In this document: piece after piece, positions 26,025 through 37,360 of the stretch
How positions within the stretch are numbered: position 1 is the stretch's first letter
Layout: every line of letters starts with the position of its first letter
Assembly (NCBI GenBank): GCA_030390025.1
Contig: CM059432.1
Location: 86,306,001-86,370,000, forward strand
DNA: 64,000 nt
Direction: 5' to 3'
From: Squalus acanthias
Lineage: Eukaryota
Position numbers and translations under genes: made by a program
The notes under the pieces: generated by a model
The model's input: only the letters and a program-made list of their open reading frames with translations
Database searches by the model: none
What the model was told of the DNA's origin: nothing

Positions 26025-26425
26025 CGTACTCAGATCCACAATCACCGTAACTCGGATGCTCTGAAACCGGTTGTACTGTATTGTGAATCTTGACCTTCTG
26101 TGGTTCCCGTTCCATTGAGGGCCGCAGGTGCAGCCACCTGTCAGTGATCTGCTCTGGGTCGATTTTGTGTTTATTTGCTGCTAGGAGTCGCTGCTGTTCA
26201 GACAGATAAGTGTTGTTACCAACACTGTTAATGGGCGATGGTAAATACTGGTCGCTGTTTGCTGAGGGTAAACGGAGGGGAATTGGGCTCATGGCAATGA
26301 GGGTCTGTGGAGATGTCACTGCTGCTGATAGACACATTTACTGTGAATAAACATCCTACCAGTCCACACGAGTGCTAACAATCGGTCTTTCCTCATCACC
26401 TGCATTTTCTGGCAAACTCTTGTAC
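26025..26425 (-). CDS. Candidate exon 2 of the unnamed gene: ends ORF-A (TAG 26356-26358) and starts ORF-B (ATG 26337)
   Basis: Acceptor tctcatttctatcaccttactcag|, donor G|gtgact; 104-codon open frame MCLSAAVTSPQ...SYGDCGSEY in unique sequence. Confidence 0.5.
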
Positions 26426-26810
26426 CTGAGTAAGGTGATAGAAATGAGATGAATCAATCTGCAACATTCCCTCAAAAGCCATCCATAAAACAGAACAGCG
26501 AGTGGAAGTAACAGTGGCTTCATCCACTCTGAAAGTGAGCTGAATTCATGTTCTCAAGAGTGAGTCTGACCGACCTCGACAAAGCAGCGATTTACACCAA
26601 GAATTGTTGGAAATACAATCATCACCACCCTGTCAGGGAGCGGTCTGCGGTACGGATTTAGTCCATGAAACAGCTCCCCTCTAGTGGGGTAACAAACCAG
26701 CAATCGCTGATCAAAGTAAGTGAGGTGCTGGAGTATGTCCCGAAAGATGGGAAGGTCCCATCCCCCGGACAGTGATTAGGGCACTGAGAAAACTCCCGCC
26801 CTCATTAGAT

Positions 26811-27655
26811 CAGTGGTACTCAAACCGGGGTCCGCGAGATTTCGGGGGGGGCCCACCAAAAATGTGTAAAAAAATGGACGTGATAATAGACCAATCAGAA
26901 TCGGAGTCAGGAAAAGCGGCGGTTGTTAATCAAGGGATGCCGTCGGAAAGTGAATCAGAGCCGGGGTCGCTCTGTGTTCGCACAGATTTTGGTTGAACAG
27001 TGGAGAGAGAGAGCTGGTCCGGTCCGTGCATGAGGCAGCGTTGCTGTTTGGACACAGCGCGCGGAGGGAGACCCTGGAGGGCAGCACTGAGAATCGGTGC
27101 CAGAGAGAGACCGTGACTTAAAGCTTCATCTCTTGTTTCCTCAGTGGCATAATTATATGCGTCAAATCAGTTGGCAAAATTCTCCGTGTGTCCATATTTA
27201 CTTCGCACTTCTGATTTCTCCTTAGTTCCACCCCGTGCGTGTGATTGCACTTAACAAATCTTGTCCTTGTTTGTATTTTTATGTTGTTCGTAAAGCAGCA
27301 GCTGGCAAGGCTAGGCCTGTGCTGGATGGTCACAGCCATTGCACTAAAACCCAATATTTGGAAAAGTGTTTATATGTCATTGGAGTCAGAGTATGCGTGT
27401 GCCATTTGAGTGGAAAAACACTGGTCAAGACAGGGCTTGTTACAACTGCTGTGCAGCTGACTTTATTAAACTAAACCATTAATGCAGATATTGTATATGT
27501 ATGTTATGATTTTGTAATTCCATGAGTGAATTTACAAGAGTGGGAAAGTTGCAATTACTATAATATATAGTATTACAATTTAGATGGGGGGGGGGGGCAT
27601 GATTACTAATCCATTTGTAAAGGGGACTTCAACCAAAAAGGTTTGAGAACCACTG
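26811..27655. mobile_element. Non-autonomous hAT (Charlie-like) element
   Basis: TIR CAGTGGTACTCAAACC / GGTTTGAGAACCACTG; perfect 8-bp TSD CATTAGAT. Confidence 0.9.
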
Positions 27656-27975
27656 CATTAGATGACCAACGGGGAAGAGCTCAGAGCCCTCAGGCTGTTT
27701 CTTCAGGTGTATATAATGCCCTCCCGCCTCCTCTTCACATTGCAGGAGGGAAGGCGACCAGAGGATTGTCCACTCCGCCGAGGCGGCAACAAGGTGGCGA
27801 GATTTGTTCCTTATGATGCATTTTATTAGCGATCAGTGATTGCTGTTTCTGGATAAGGTTAAACAAATGCAACGTTTTATTAGGAAAATCCAGCCATGAC
27901 TTAATTTAAAAACAAGGAGTCCAGAAATTGGAATATAATCTCCAGCTGGATACAGGGACTGCAGGGGACATTGAA

Positions 27976-28163
27976 TGTGTACAGTAGTTCTATCTGATCT
28001 GTCCATTCCTCCCATCTGTGTACAGTAGTTCTATCTGATCTGTCCATTCCTCCCATCTGTGTACAGTAGTTCTATCTGATCTGTCAGTTCCCCTCCCTCT
28101 GTCTACAGTAGTTCTATTTGATCTGTCTATTCCCCTCTGGTGTACAGTAGTTCTAGCTGATCT
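27976..28163. repeat. Minisatellite, ~41-bp unit, ~4.5 copies
   Basis: TGTGTACAGTAGTTCTATCTGATCTGTCCATTCCTCCCATC repeated at 27976, 28017, 28058, 28100 and ~28140. Confidence 0.9.
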
Positions 28164-28425
28164 CATCTCGCATCTGGTTCTTTTTCCAATCACCTTAAAT
28201 ATGTGTCCTCTGGTTACCGACCCTCTTGCCAGTGGAAACAGTTTCTCCTTATTTACTCTCCTAAAACCCCTCAAAATTTTGAACACCTCTATTAAATCTC
28301 CTCTTAACCTTCTCTGCTCTGAGGAGAACAACCCCAGCTTCTTTAATCTCTCCAGATAACTGAAGTCCCCCATCTCTGGTACCATTCTAGTAAATCTCCT
28401 CTGCATCCTCTCCAAGGCCTCAAGA
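28164..28425 (-). mobile_element. CR1 ORF2 C-terminal fragment
   Basis: MQRRFTRMVPEMGDFSYLERLKKLGLFSSEQRRLRGDLIEVFK. Confidence 0.85.
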
Positions 28426-28639
28426 TATTAGAACCTGAACTGGGATTGCTTGATGTGAAGAGGGGAGTCAGGAGAAAGAGATAAAGTGAAGATATCAACT
28501 CTTCAAAGACTCCAAAAAGTATTTGTGCAGTGAACAAAAATAATGAAAGATCTGAATTTTCTGCTGTAGCTGTTGTTGTTGTTGTTAACTGCCCATGGAC
28601 AAAAAAGTCATGCTCAGAGGAGTTTGTCACCCGCCCAGT

Positions 28640-29530
28640 ACAAATAAAATATGAGAGGGAACGTTGGTTGAGAGTTTTCCTTTTGATCCCCATTGAGCTC
28701 AGTTTTGCCAGGGCTTCTTGGTGCCATAGTCAGGTGAAGGCTGCCTTGACGTTGAGGACAGCTACTCTCACCCCTCCTCTAGCATACCGCTCTTGTGTCG
28801 AAGTTTGGATTAATGCTGTGATAAGGTCTGGAGCAGAGTGGTTCTGGTGGAACCGAAAATGAGCATCAGTGAGCAGGTTATTGGTGCAGGTATTACGGGG
28901 AGCGGGCAGGAAATTGGACATGAGGCTGAGTTCGGATCGGTCGAGGCCCTGTGGGTGGCGTAGCGGGCCCAGGGGCTGAGTGGCCAGGTCCTGCTCCTAC
29001 TTCTTGTGTTCTTTAGATTTGAGGTGAGGATCAGATCAGCCATGATCTTATTGAATGGCGGAGCAGGCTCGAAGGGCCGATTGGCCTACTCCTGCTCCTA
29101 TTTCTTATGTTCTTATGTATCACTTGAAGGCACTATTGATGATTCGTTCCATCACTTTACTGACGACTGCGAGGAGGCCAATAGGGTGGAAATTGGCTGA
29201 GTTAGATTTATCCTTTTTGTTTGGTTAGGACATACATGGGTAATCTTCCATATTGTGGAGTTGATGCCAATGTCATAGCTGTACTGGAACAGCTCAAGTA
29301 GGAGAGTGGCTAGCTCTGGTACACAGGTCATCATCACCACAACCAAGTTGCTGTCAGGGCCCAGAGCCTTTGCTGCGTCTAGTGCACTCATCATCTTCTT
29401 CTCGTCACATGTAGAGAACCAAATCTTGTTGGACACTGGCAGCCATGATGGTGACGACAGCAGGAGGTGACCAAGTAGAATCATCCACTCAGCGCTCTGG
29501 CCAAAGACGTTTGCAAACACTTTACTCTTC
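28640..29530 (-). mobile_element. Degenerate second-family LINE RT fragments with a nested CR1 3' tail (~29015-29118, +)
   Basis: HFRFHQNHSAPDLITAL...VAVLNVKAAF; KALGPDS...CVPELATLLLELFQYSY. Confidence 0.65.
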
Positions 29531-29693
29531 ACTTTAGGGTCTCAAATCTAATAGGGCTGCTGGCCCTGACAATATTCACTCTAGGATCCTCAAAAAAATG
29601 GGGGATATGTTAAGTGAGCTTACATATTTAATAACAACAGAAAACGCTGGAAAAACTCAGCAGGCCAGGCAGCATCCGTGGAGAGAGAAAGAG

Positions 29694-29730
29694 AGTTGAC
29701 GTTTCAGGTCGATGACCTTTCATCAGAACT
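29694..29730 (-). ncRNA. Minimal type I hammerhead ribozyme (inverted pLTR copy)
   Basis: Exact reverse complement of 31259-31295. Confidence 0.75.
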
Positions 29731-31258
29731 GGGAAGAGCTGGAAATCAAATAGATTTAAGGCCAGAGTAAAGCTGGGAAAAGGGGGAGGGGATAAAGGAA
29801 CAAAAGAGGAGATGAAGAGACATTAAGAGACATTAAGAGCTAGAGGTGGTGTTAATGTGACAGATTAAGGCTGAATGAAGTGTGAAATCTACTGGCAGAA
29901 TGAAGGACAGCTGCCAGCTTCTAGGAGGAAAAAAAAGGTGGGGGGGACAAATAAAAGGGTGGATAAAATAAAATATAAATGTGATTGGAGCTGAGGTTAT
30001 GATCTAAAATTGTTGAACTCGATATTGAGTCCAGAGGGCTGTAGCGTGCCTAAACGAAAGATGAGGTGCTGTTCCTCGAGCTTACGCTGAGCTTCCGTGG
30101 AACAGTGTATTAGGCCGAGGACGGCTACCTGGACTACACTTCCTCCCACCCCGCCTCCTGTAAGGACTCTATTCCATTCTCCCAGTTTCTCCGTCTCCGC
30201 CGCATCTGCTCTGATGATGCCACCTTCCATACCAGTGCTTCCGACATGTCTTCCTTTTTCCTCAACCGAGGATTCCCCTCTACCGTGGTCGACACGGCCC
30301 TCGACCGTGTCCGTTCTATCTCCCGCACATCTGCCCTCACCCCTGCCCCTCCCTCCCGGAACCACGATAGGGTTCCCCTTGTCCTCACCTTTCACCCCAC
30401 CAGCCTCCACATTCAACGGATCATCCTCCGCCATTTCCGCCACCTCCAGCGTGATCCCACCACCAAACACATCTTCCCCTCACCTCCCCTTTCAGCATTC
30501 CGCAGGGACCGCTCCCTCCGCGACACCCTAGTCCACTCCTCTACCACCCCCAGCACCCCTTCCCCTTCGCCCGGCACCTTCCCGTGCACGCGCAGGAGAT
30601 GCAACACATGCCCTTATACCTCCCCTCTTCCCACTGTCCAGGGCCCCAAACACCCCTTCCAGGTGAAACAGCGATTTACTTGTACTTCCTGCAATTTAGT
30701 ATACTGTATTCGCTGCTCACGATGTGGACTCCTCTACATTGGGGAGACCAAACGCAGATTGGGTGACCGCTTTGCGGAACACCTCCGTTCAGTCCGTAAG
30801 GGGGACCCCGAGCTCCCGGTGGCCTGTCACTTTAATTCACCGCTTCACTCCCACTCTGACCTCACCGTCCTCGGCCTAATACACTGTTCCACGGAAGCTC
30901 AGCGTAAGCTCGAGGAACAGCACCTCATCTTTCGTTTAGGCACGCTACAGCCCTCTGGACTCAATATCGAGTTCAACAATTTTAGATCATAACCTCAGCT
31001 CCAATCACATTTATATTTTATTTTATCCACCCTTTTATTTGTCCCCCCCACCTTTTTTTTCCTCCTAGAAGCTGGCAGCTGTCCTTCATTCTGCCAGTAG
31101 ATTTCACACTTCATTCAGCCTTAATCTGTCACATTAACACCACCTCTAGCTCTTAATGTCTCTTAATGTCTCTTCATCTCCTCTTTTGTTCCTTTATCCC
31201 CTCCCCCTTTTCCCAGCTTTACTCTGGCCTTAAATCTATTTGATTTCCAGCTCTTCCC

Positions 31259-31295
31259 AGTTCTGATGAAAGGTCATCGACCTGAAACGTCAACT
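31259..31295 (+). ncRNA. Minimal type I hammerhead ribozyme
   Basis: agtt-CTGATGA-a-aggtc(atc)gacct-GAAAC-GTC-aact: catalytic core boxes, stem II, loopless stem III and a GUC triplet. Confidence 0.75.
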
Positions 31296-31409
31296 CTCTT
31301 TCTCTCTCCACGGATGCTGCCTGGCCTGCTGAGTTTTTCCAGCGTTTTCTGTTGTTATTTCGGATTTCCAGCATCTGCAGTATTTTGCTATCGTATTACA
31401 TATTTAATA

Positions 31410-34120
31410 GTTCATTAGAGACTGGGATTATTCCCGTGGATATTTAAAAAGGGCAGCAAGTCAGAACCAGGAAAATATAGGACCATTAGCTTAACTTAGA
31501 ATCATAGAATGGTTACAGCACAGAAGGAGGCCATTTGGCCCGTCAAGCCCGTGCTGGCTCTCTGCAAGAGCACTTCAGCTAGTCCCACTCCCCCGCCCTT
31601 TCCCCAGAGCCCTGCAAACTTCAGTTATTGAAAAGTTGTTAGAAGGGATTAGAGATAACCTGTATGATTACATAAGAACATAAGAAATAGGAGCAGGAGT
31701 AGGCCATTCGGCCCCTTGAGCCTGCTCCGCCATTTAATAAGATCATGGCTGATCTTCTACCTCAACTCCACTTTGCTGCACTATCCCCATATCCCTTGAT
31801 TCCCTTAATATCCAAAAATCTATCGATCTCTGTCTTGAATATACTCAACAACTGAGCCTCCACAGCTCTCTGGGGTAGAGAATTCCAAAGATTCACCACC
31901 CTCTGAGTGAAGAAATTTCTCCTCATCTTCGTCCTAAATGGCCGACCCCTTATTCTGAGACTGGGATTGTTCCCGTGGATATTTAAAAAGGGCAGCAAGT
32001 CAGAACGAGGAAAATATAGGATCATTAGCTTAACTTAGAATCATAGAATGGTTACAGCACAGAAGGAGGCCATTTGGCCCATCGAGCCAGTGGCGGTTCT
32101 CTTATTACCTGGACATAATCATTATTAGAGACTCCCAACATGGTTTCCGGAAAAGAAAGTTATGTCTCACCAACTTGGTTGAATTTTTTGAGGAGGTAAC
32201 TAGGTTGGTGGATGAAGGTAGCCCTGTCAAAATTAGTTATTTGGACTTTCAGAAATTTTTTTGACAAAATACTGCATAATAGGTTATTTTATAAGATAGA
32301 GTCCCGTGGGATAGGAGGGCAGATCCTGGATTGGCTAGGGAATCAGTTGGGTTCTTGCAGGTGGAAGGTTGTTAGTAATGGAAGTGGTTCTGTGTGGAGA
32401 CCAGTTACTAGTGGAGACCCGCAGGGATCAGTGTTGGGACCGCTATTCTTCACGATCTAAGTGATGGTGTGGCGGGTACTGTCTACAAGTTTACAGACGA
32501 CACGAAGATCTGTGCTTGTGTTAGGACCCTTGATGGGGTCTTAATGAAAAAAAACTACAGTCTGATCTAAATACGATGTGGCAATGGGCCCGCATCTGAC
32601 AGATGTCATTTCATATAGATAAATGCAGTGTCAAGCATGTGGATAGGTAGGGCTAATGCCAAGCATGTATATGCCATGCTTGGTACAGAATTGAAGTCTG
32701 TTGAGCAGGAAAAATACTGGGGCATTATAGTACGAATCTCTGAAGGTGCACAGCCAGTGCCACAAAACTATTGAGAAGGCGAATAGAGTACTAGGATATG
32801 GCGAGGACAATTCATTATAAAACTAAAAGAACTATATATAGTGTCCTTCTACAAGACTCTAATTAGGCTTCATATGTTAAGTTTTGGTCCTGTGACATGG
32901 TGTGTGATGGAGAGGCCATGGGAACGGTGTAAATGAGGGCCACTAGAATGATCCTGGTCAGACCACACTTGAGTACTGTGCACAGTTCTGATCTCCCTAC
33001 TATTAAAAGGACATAGAAGCACTGGAGAAAGTGCAAAAAAGATTTACAAGATGGTACCAGAATTGAGAAATTACAGCTATTAGGAAAGATTAAACAGGTT
33101 GAGTCTTTTAGAAAAGAGAAGACTTAGAGGAGACCTGATAGAGGTTTTTAAAATTATGAATGGGTTGGACGGGGTAGATGTGGAGAGAATGTTTCCACTT
33201 GTGGGCGAATCCAAAACTAGGGGCCATAAATACAAGATAGTTACTAATAAATCCAATAGGGAAATGAGGAGAAATTTCTTTACGCAGAGAGTGGTTAGAA
33301 TGTGAAACTCACTAAGAGAGGAAGTGATTGAGGCAAATAGTTTAGATGCTTTCACAAAGGAAACTAGATGAGTACATGAGAGAATAGGGAATAGAAAGAT
33401 ATGCTGAAAGGCTGAGATGAGATAGATGGAATGGGAGGAGACTCATGTGGAGTGTAAATACCAGCAGACTAGTTGGGCCAAATGGCCTGTTTCTGTGCAG
33501 TATATTCTATGTAATTCTATGTAGAAATCCCTAGTGTAAAAGCCCTCAGTTATCACAATAGGTTTAGAGACTTTTAGAGTCATTTTATTCTAGAAAAACT
33601 TCTCGGAGATTTAATTGAAGTGTTTAAAATGATGAAGGGACTAGATTGTCTCTGTGGACAGACTATTTGAACTAGATAGGTTAGGGAAAATGAGGGGCCA
33701 TGCGTATAATCTATGCAACTATACACCTAGGTTAGAGGTCATGAAGGTGTTTCTTTATGCAGGTTTGTCGCCACTTGGAACAAGTTACCGACTCATGTGG
33801 TGGGTACGGATTTGCTGCAACAGTTCAAAAAAGGGGCTGGTTGAGTTTCTTGCTGTAGCTAATATGACTTGACTACAAAACGTTGGTGGGGCATCAGCTA
33901 TGTACCTCATGGTCACTGTGACCTCCTGGAACTTGTTTGGGTCACAGAGGGGTTTCCCAGATTTCCCCCCCCCTCAATTAGCCTATTGTTCTTTAAAAAT
34001 CTGTTTTTTTGCCTCTTCAAGAAAATTACATGACTATAAGTAGGAGGGCATACTAGGAGTCATGATGCTTCTGGACCCGACGGTCTTTTCCTATCCGTCT
34101 TTTCGTATGCTTTTATGTTC
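31410..34120 (+). mobile_element. Old CR1 (continuing from ~29540) with nested younger CR1 3' fragments (31497-31620 -, 31670-31962 -, 32955-33522 +)
   Basis: Decayed RT motifs ([26 protein letters not shown]); ORFs 31762-32025 and 33099-33305. Confidence 0.75.
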
Positions 34121-34774
34121 GTTTCTTGCACTTAGATACTGGACTTTGCTCAGATTAGAGATGGGGATATTCACAGACCCTCCACCTCCTCCTGCAGGTT
34201 GCCTGGTTGGCTACCACCACTCTCAACTGGATTTGGTAGGGCAACAGAGCTTTGTTCTGATCTTCTGGTGGTGTTAATTTTAAATAATATAAATTTCCCC
34301 AGGTTATGCTGATGATATATCCTTTTTACAATCCTGTCCCCATGGGAATCCCACCCACCGTCCCCATAATGAGAAAAGCAGCATTCACAGCTGTTTCTGA
34401 GAACTGGCTTAGTCCTTCAAGCGTTTTAAAAATCTCAAATTGAATTTTTAAAGCACTTAAACTCCTCAAGAATCTTAAACTGGCTGTGGGTAATGCCCAA
34501 CAATGTGATTTTTCCACTGCAGGGGGCGAGGAACACAAGGTCAGATCACAAATATACTATTATCACCCCTCTCGACCAGTTAAGAATTAAGGGCAGACTA
34601 TGCAACTCACTAGAGGATTGGGAGTTACATTTTTAGTGAGATGATCTAACACCGTCATTGCACACATATTTGGGGACAGTAAAAGTACCATTAATTTATG
34701 AGTCCAGTGGAAGCTCAATTTGTATGATTTTTAACTTTTACCAGACCAGGTCAATAAATCCAGTATATATATGG

Positions 34775-35092
34775 ATCGGCAGCACCTCCCAAACCTGCGA
34801 CCTCGACCACCTAGAAGGACAAGGGCAGCAAGCGCATGGGAACACCACCACCTCCAAGTTCCCCTCCAAGTCACACCCCATCCTGACTTGGAAGTATATC
34901 GCCGTTCCTTCATCGTCGCTGGGTCAAAATCGTGGAACTCCCTCCCTAACAGCACTGTGGGAGTACCGTCACCACACGACTGCAGCGGTTCAAGAAGGCG
35001 GCTCACCAGCACCTTCGCAAGGGCAACTAGGGATGGGCAACAAATGATGGCCTTGCCAGCGACACCCACATCCCATGAACTAATAAAATAAA
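34775..35092 (+). mobile_element. 3' end of a second-family LINE
   Basis: RQHLPNLRPRPPRRTRAASAWEHHHLQVPLQ matches 19980-20300. Confidence 0.85.
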
Positions 35093-36323
35093 CTGATAGT
35101 CCCTCCAACGACATGCAGGAGCCAATAGATTACATTTTGGTAAAGGTGAACTAGCCTGTAATAGATATAATTTAACTTGCACTTCTCAGTCAGCTACTAG
35201 CAAAGATTTTGCTGCACCACATCTTATATTACTGCCTATCCCTCTTCCATGCAAATCCTCTTCCCAAGCACGCTGTCATGCAAGTGTACCTTCAAAGATT
35301 TAAAGTGGTCAAGTGATATGCTTTCAGTATTCCAAATTTGAAAATCTCTAACCATAAGTTCAATTCTTCCTGAATCACTGATATCTTAATTAATTCTTTA
35401 ACTTGACGGTAGTTAATCATGTTTAAAGCTAACAATATCCAGAAAGCTAGAGAGTTCCTCTGCCCCAGCAATTTAAAATGTTGGTCAGCCCCCTTCAGCA
35501 CCCCAATTTATTATAAGGCAAGATATCACCATTACCAACATTCTAAATAGTGCCACAAACAACAATTAATGAGAGCCTTACAACTCAACTGTTCAATGGG
35601 TAACTGAAATTGAGTCATTCTGATGCATCCCAACACCCAATTGTTCCAGTAGGCAATAAAACAGTAATTTGTAAAATAAGTAGTTGTTGCCTTCTCAATC
35701 TGTAATTAAACAGAAAGCTGCCCTTGTTGCCCAGAACATAAATACGCTGCATGATGTGTTAAACAACACACAGACCTGGAAGTTTCCAAGTTCAATACCC
35801 ACTCTGTGCCAAGTTAGCTGATCACAGATAGAGCACTGCTCTCCCTAGCTTGGGGAAGGGTAAAGTCATCTGGGGTTTCTATTCCTGATAGCTACCCAGT
35901 GACCAATGCTGAAAGATTCATACACGGATATGAGGGAATAGAGGGGTACCAGGCAGAGGGAAAAGAGGCAATTAGAGCGAGAGGAGTCTAAACACCAGCA
36001 TGGGCCAGTTGGGCCGAATGATCTGTTTCCGTGCTGTTGATTTTCTATGTAATTGGATATCAGTAGAGGACAGGATCAAACACATCAAATAACCTGTCAA
36101 CACTCACTGCCTGGATCCATACAAAAAGAATGGCCACTTGGAAGGGCAATCAGTATTTAGGCAACCACCATTCCGCTGAACAAGTCACTGGTATTGACTT
36201 CTGTGGGCGCAATTGTCAGACAGAAGCGGTCCACCGGTGCACAATGGCAGGGAACCTTCATCCCACACCAGTTAAAGCATAAAGAGGGCTGGCAATATCG
36301 AGCTCATTGCTCTCCGCACTTAC

Positions 36324-36583
36324 TTTCGCAACTGTTCCACTTCGTACATTTCCTCGCGTTTATGCGTTCTCTTGCAGCTGTCCCGTAATGGCCTGGCTCG
36401 GTGTCTCGGTGGAGGCTGAAGTCCAGTTTCAGGCTGCAAGGGGGATAGGGACGGCGCCAGGCCCCCAACTTTAAACACCCGTCGGGGTGGAGCTGTCGGT
36501 CCGCGTCGCCGATACTCAGAAACCTCTTCCAGGAGCTGATAGTCGTCGTCCTCGTCATCATCGTCGTCCGCATCCAACCACAT
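36324..36583 (-). CDS. Candidate first coding exon (ORF-A) of the unnamed minus-strand gene
   Basis: CpG-rich unique sequence; MWLDADDDDEDDDYQLLEEVSEY...EVEQLR followed by a strong donor AA|gtaagt (phase 2). Confidence 0.5.
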
Positions 36584-36589
36584 TTAGCG

Positions 36590-36800
36590 TCCTCATTTAT
36601 GTTAAAAGACCAATAGACAGATTACGGGGGCAAAGGCAGCGAGCGCAGTCACTCTCGCGCTCAGCGCTTCCATTGTTCTGAGCGAGCCCTGCCGTTACTG
36701 CTCCCCGCGCACACCTCCTGTAACCGCCACTGTGCCTCGCGCAGTCTCTTAGCAACGGCTGACAGGTGTTCCATCCGGTGGGAGAACAGAGGCCTTTTCT
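36590..36800 (-). promoter_or_regulatory. Putative CpG-rich promoter with a CCAAT box and RFX X-box-like site
   Basis: CCAAT at ~36610; GTCTCTTAGCAAC at 36744-36756; local CpG enrichment. Confidence 0.4.
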
Positions 36801-36939
36801 TAATAGAACCATATACTGGTTTGCCGCAGTGTCATCAAACAGAAAAACCCTAGCAAAAGTAACCCCTTTCTAGAGGGGCACAACTACTATAAAACGAAAC
36901 CGTAAAACAAAAGGAAACTTATAAAATTAAATATTATCT

Positions 36940-37360
36940 TCTAGCTGTAGTGCTGGAGGAGGTTACAGAGCTGGCAAGGCCATAAAGGAATTTGAACACA
37001 AGGATGAGAATTTTAAAATCAAGGCATTGGTGGACCTGGAGCCAATGTAGGTCAGCTGGGTAAGTGGGATTTGGTGAGAGTTAGGATATGGGCAGCAGAG
37101 TTTTGGATGAGCTCAAGCTTATGGAAGATGGCAGAGGAGAGAGGACAGCATTGGAATAGTTGAGTCTGGAAGTAACAAAAGCATGGATGAGTTTATTAAG
37201 CAGAAGATAAACTGAGGCGGGGCGGAAACAGCCGGTGGAAGTAGGCAATCTTTGTGATGAAGAGGTTATGAGGTTGGAAGCTCAGCTCAGGGTCAAATCG
37301 GTCGCCAGCATTCTGGTTTAGCCCAAGACAGTGGCCAGGGAGGGAATGGAATCGGTGACC
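36940..37360 (-). mobile_element. L2-type LINE fragment
   Basis: Reverse-complement similarity to 44690-45160. Confidence 0.7.

Larger units (their letters stand above)
29634..31395 (+). mobile_element. Penelope-like retroelement, 5'-truncated, with inverted pseudo-LTR
   Basis: ORF 30246-30992 ends in a GIY-YIG endonuclease (NLVYCIRCSRCGLLYIGETKRRLGDRFAEH); 29630-30124 is the reverse complement of 30865-31359; 14-bp TSD TTACATATTTAATA. Confidence 0.93.

Noticed and set aside
27976..28163. CRISPR-like periodic repeats
   Set aside because: Head-to-tail units without unique spacers, vertebrate DNA, no cas genes.
29997..30470. 157-aa minus-strand ORF sharing its C-terminus with the Penelope ORF
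   Set aside because: By-product of the inverted pLTR joined to antisense element sequence.
35292..35501. Possible extra exon of the candidate minus-strand gene
   Set aside because: Poor polypyrimidine tract, weak donor (gtacac) and no recognisable protein; cannot be supported without RNA data.
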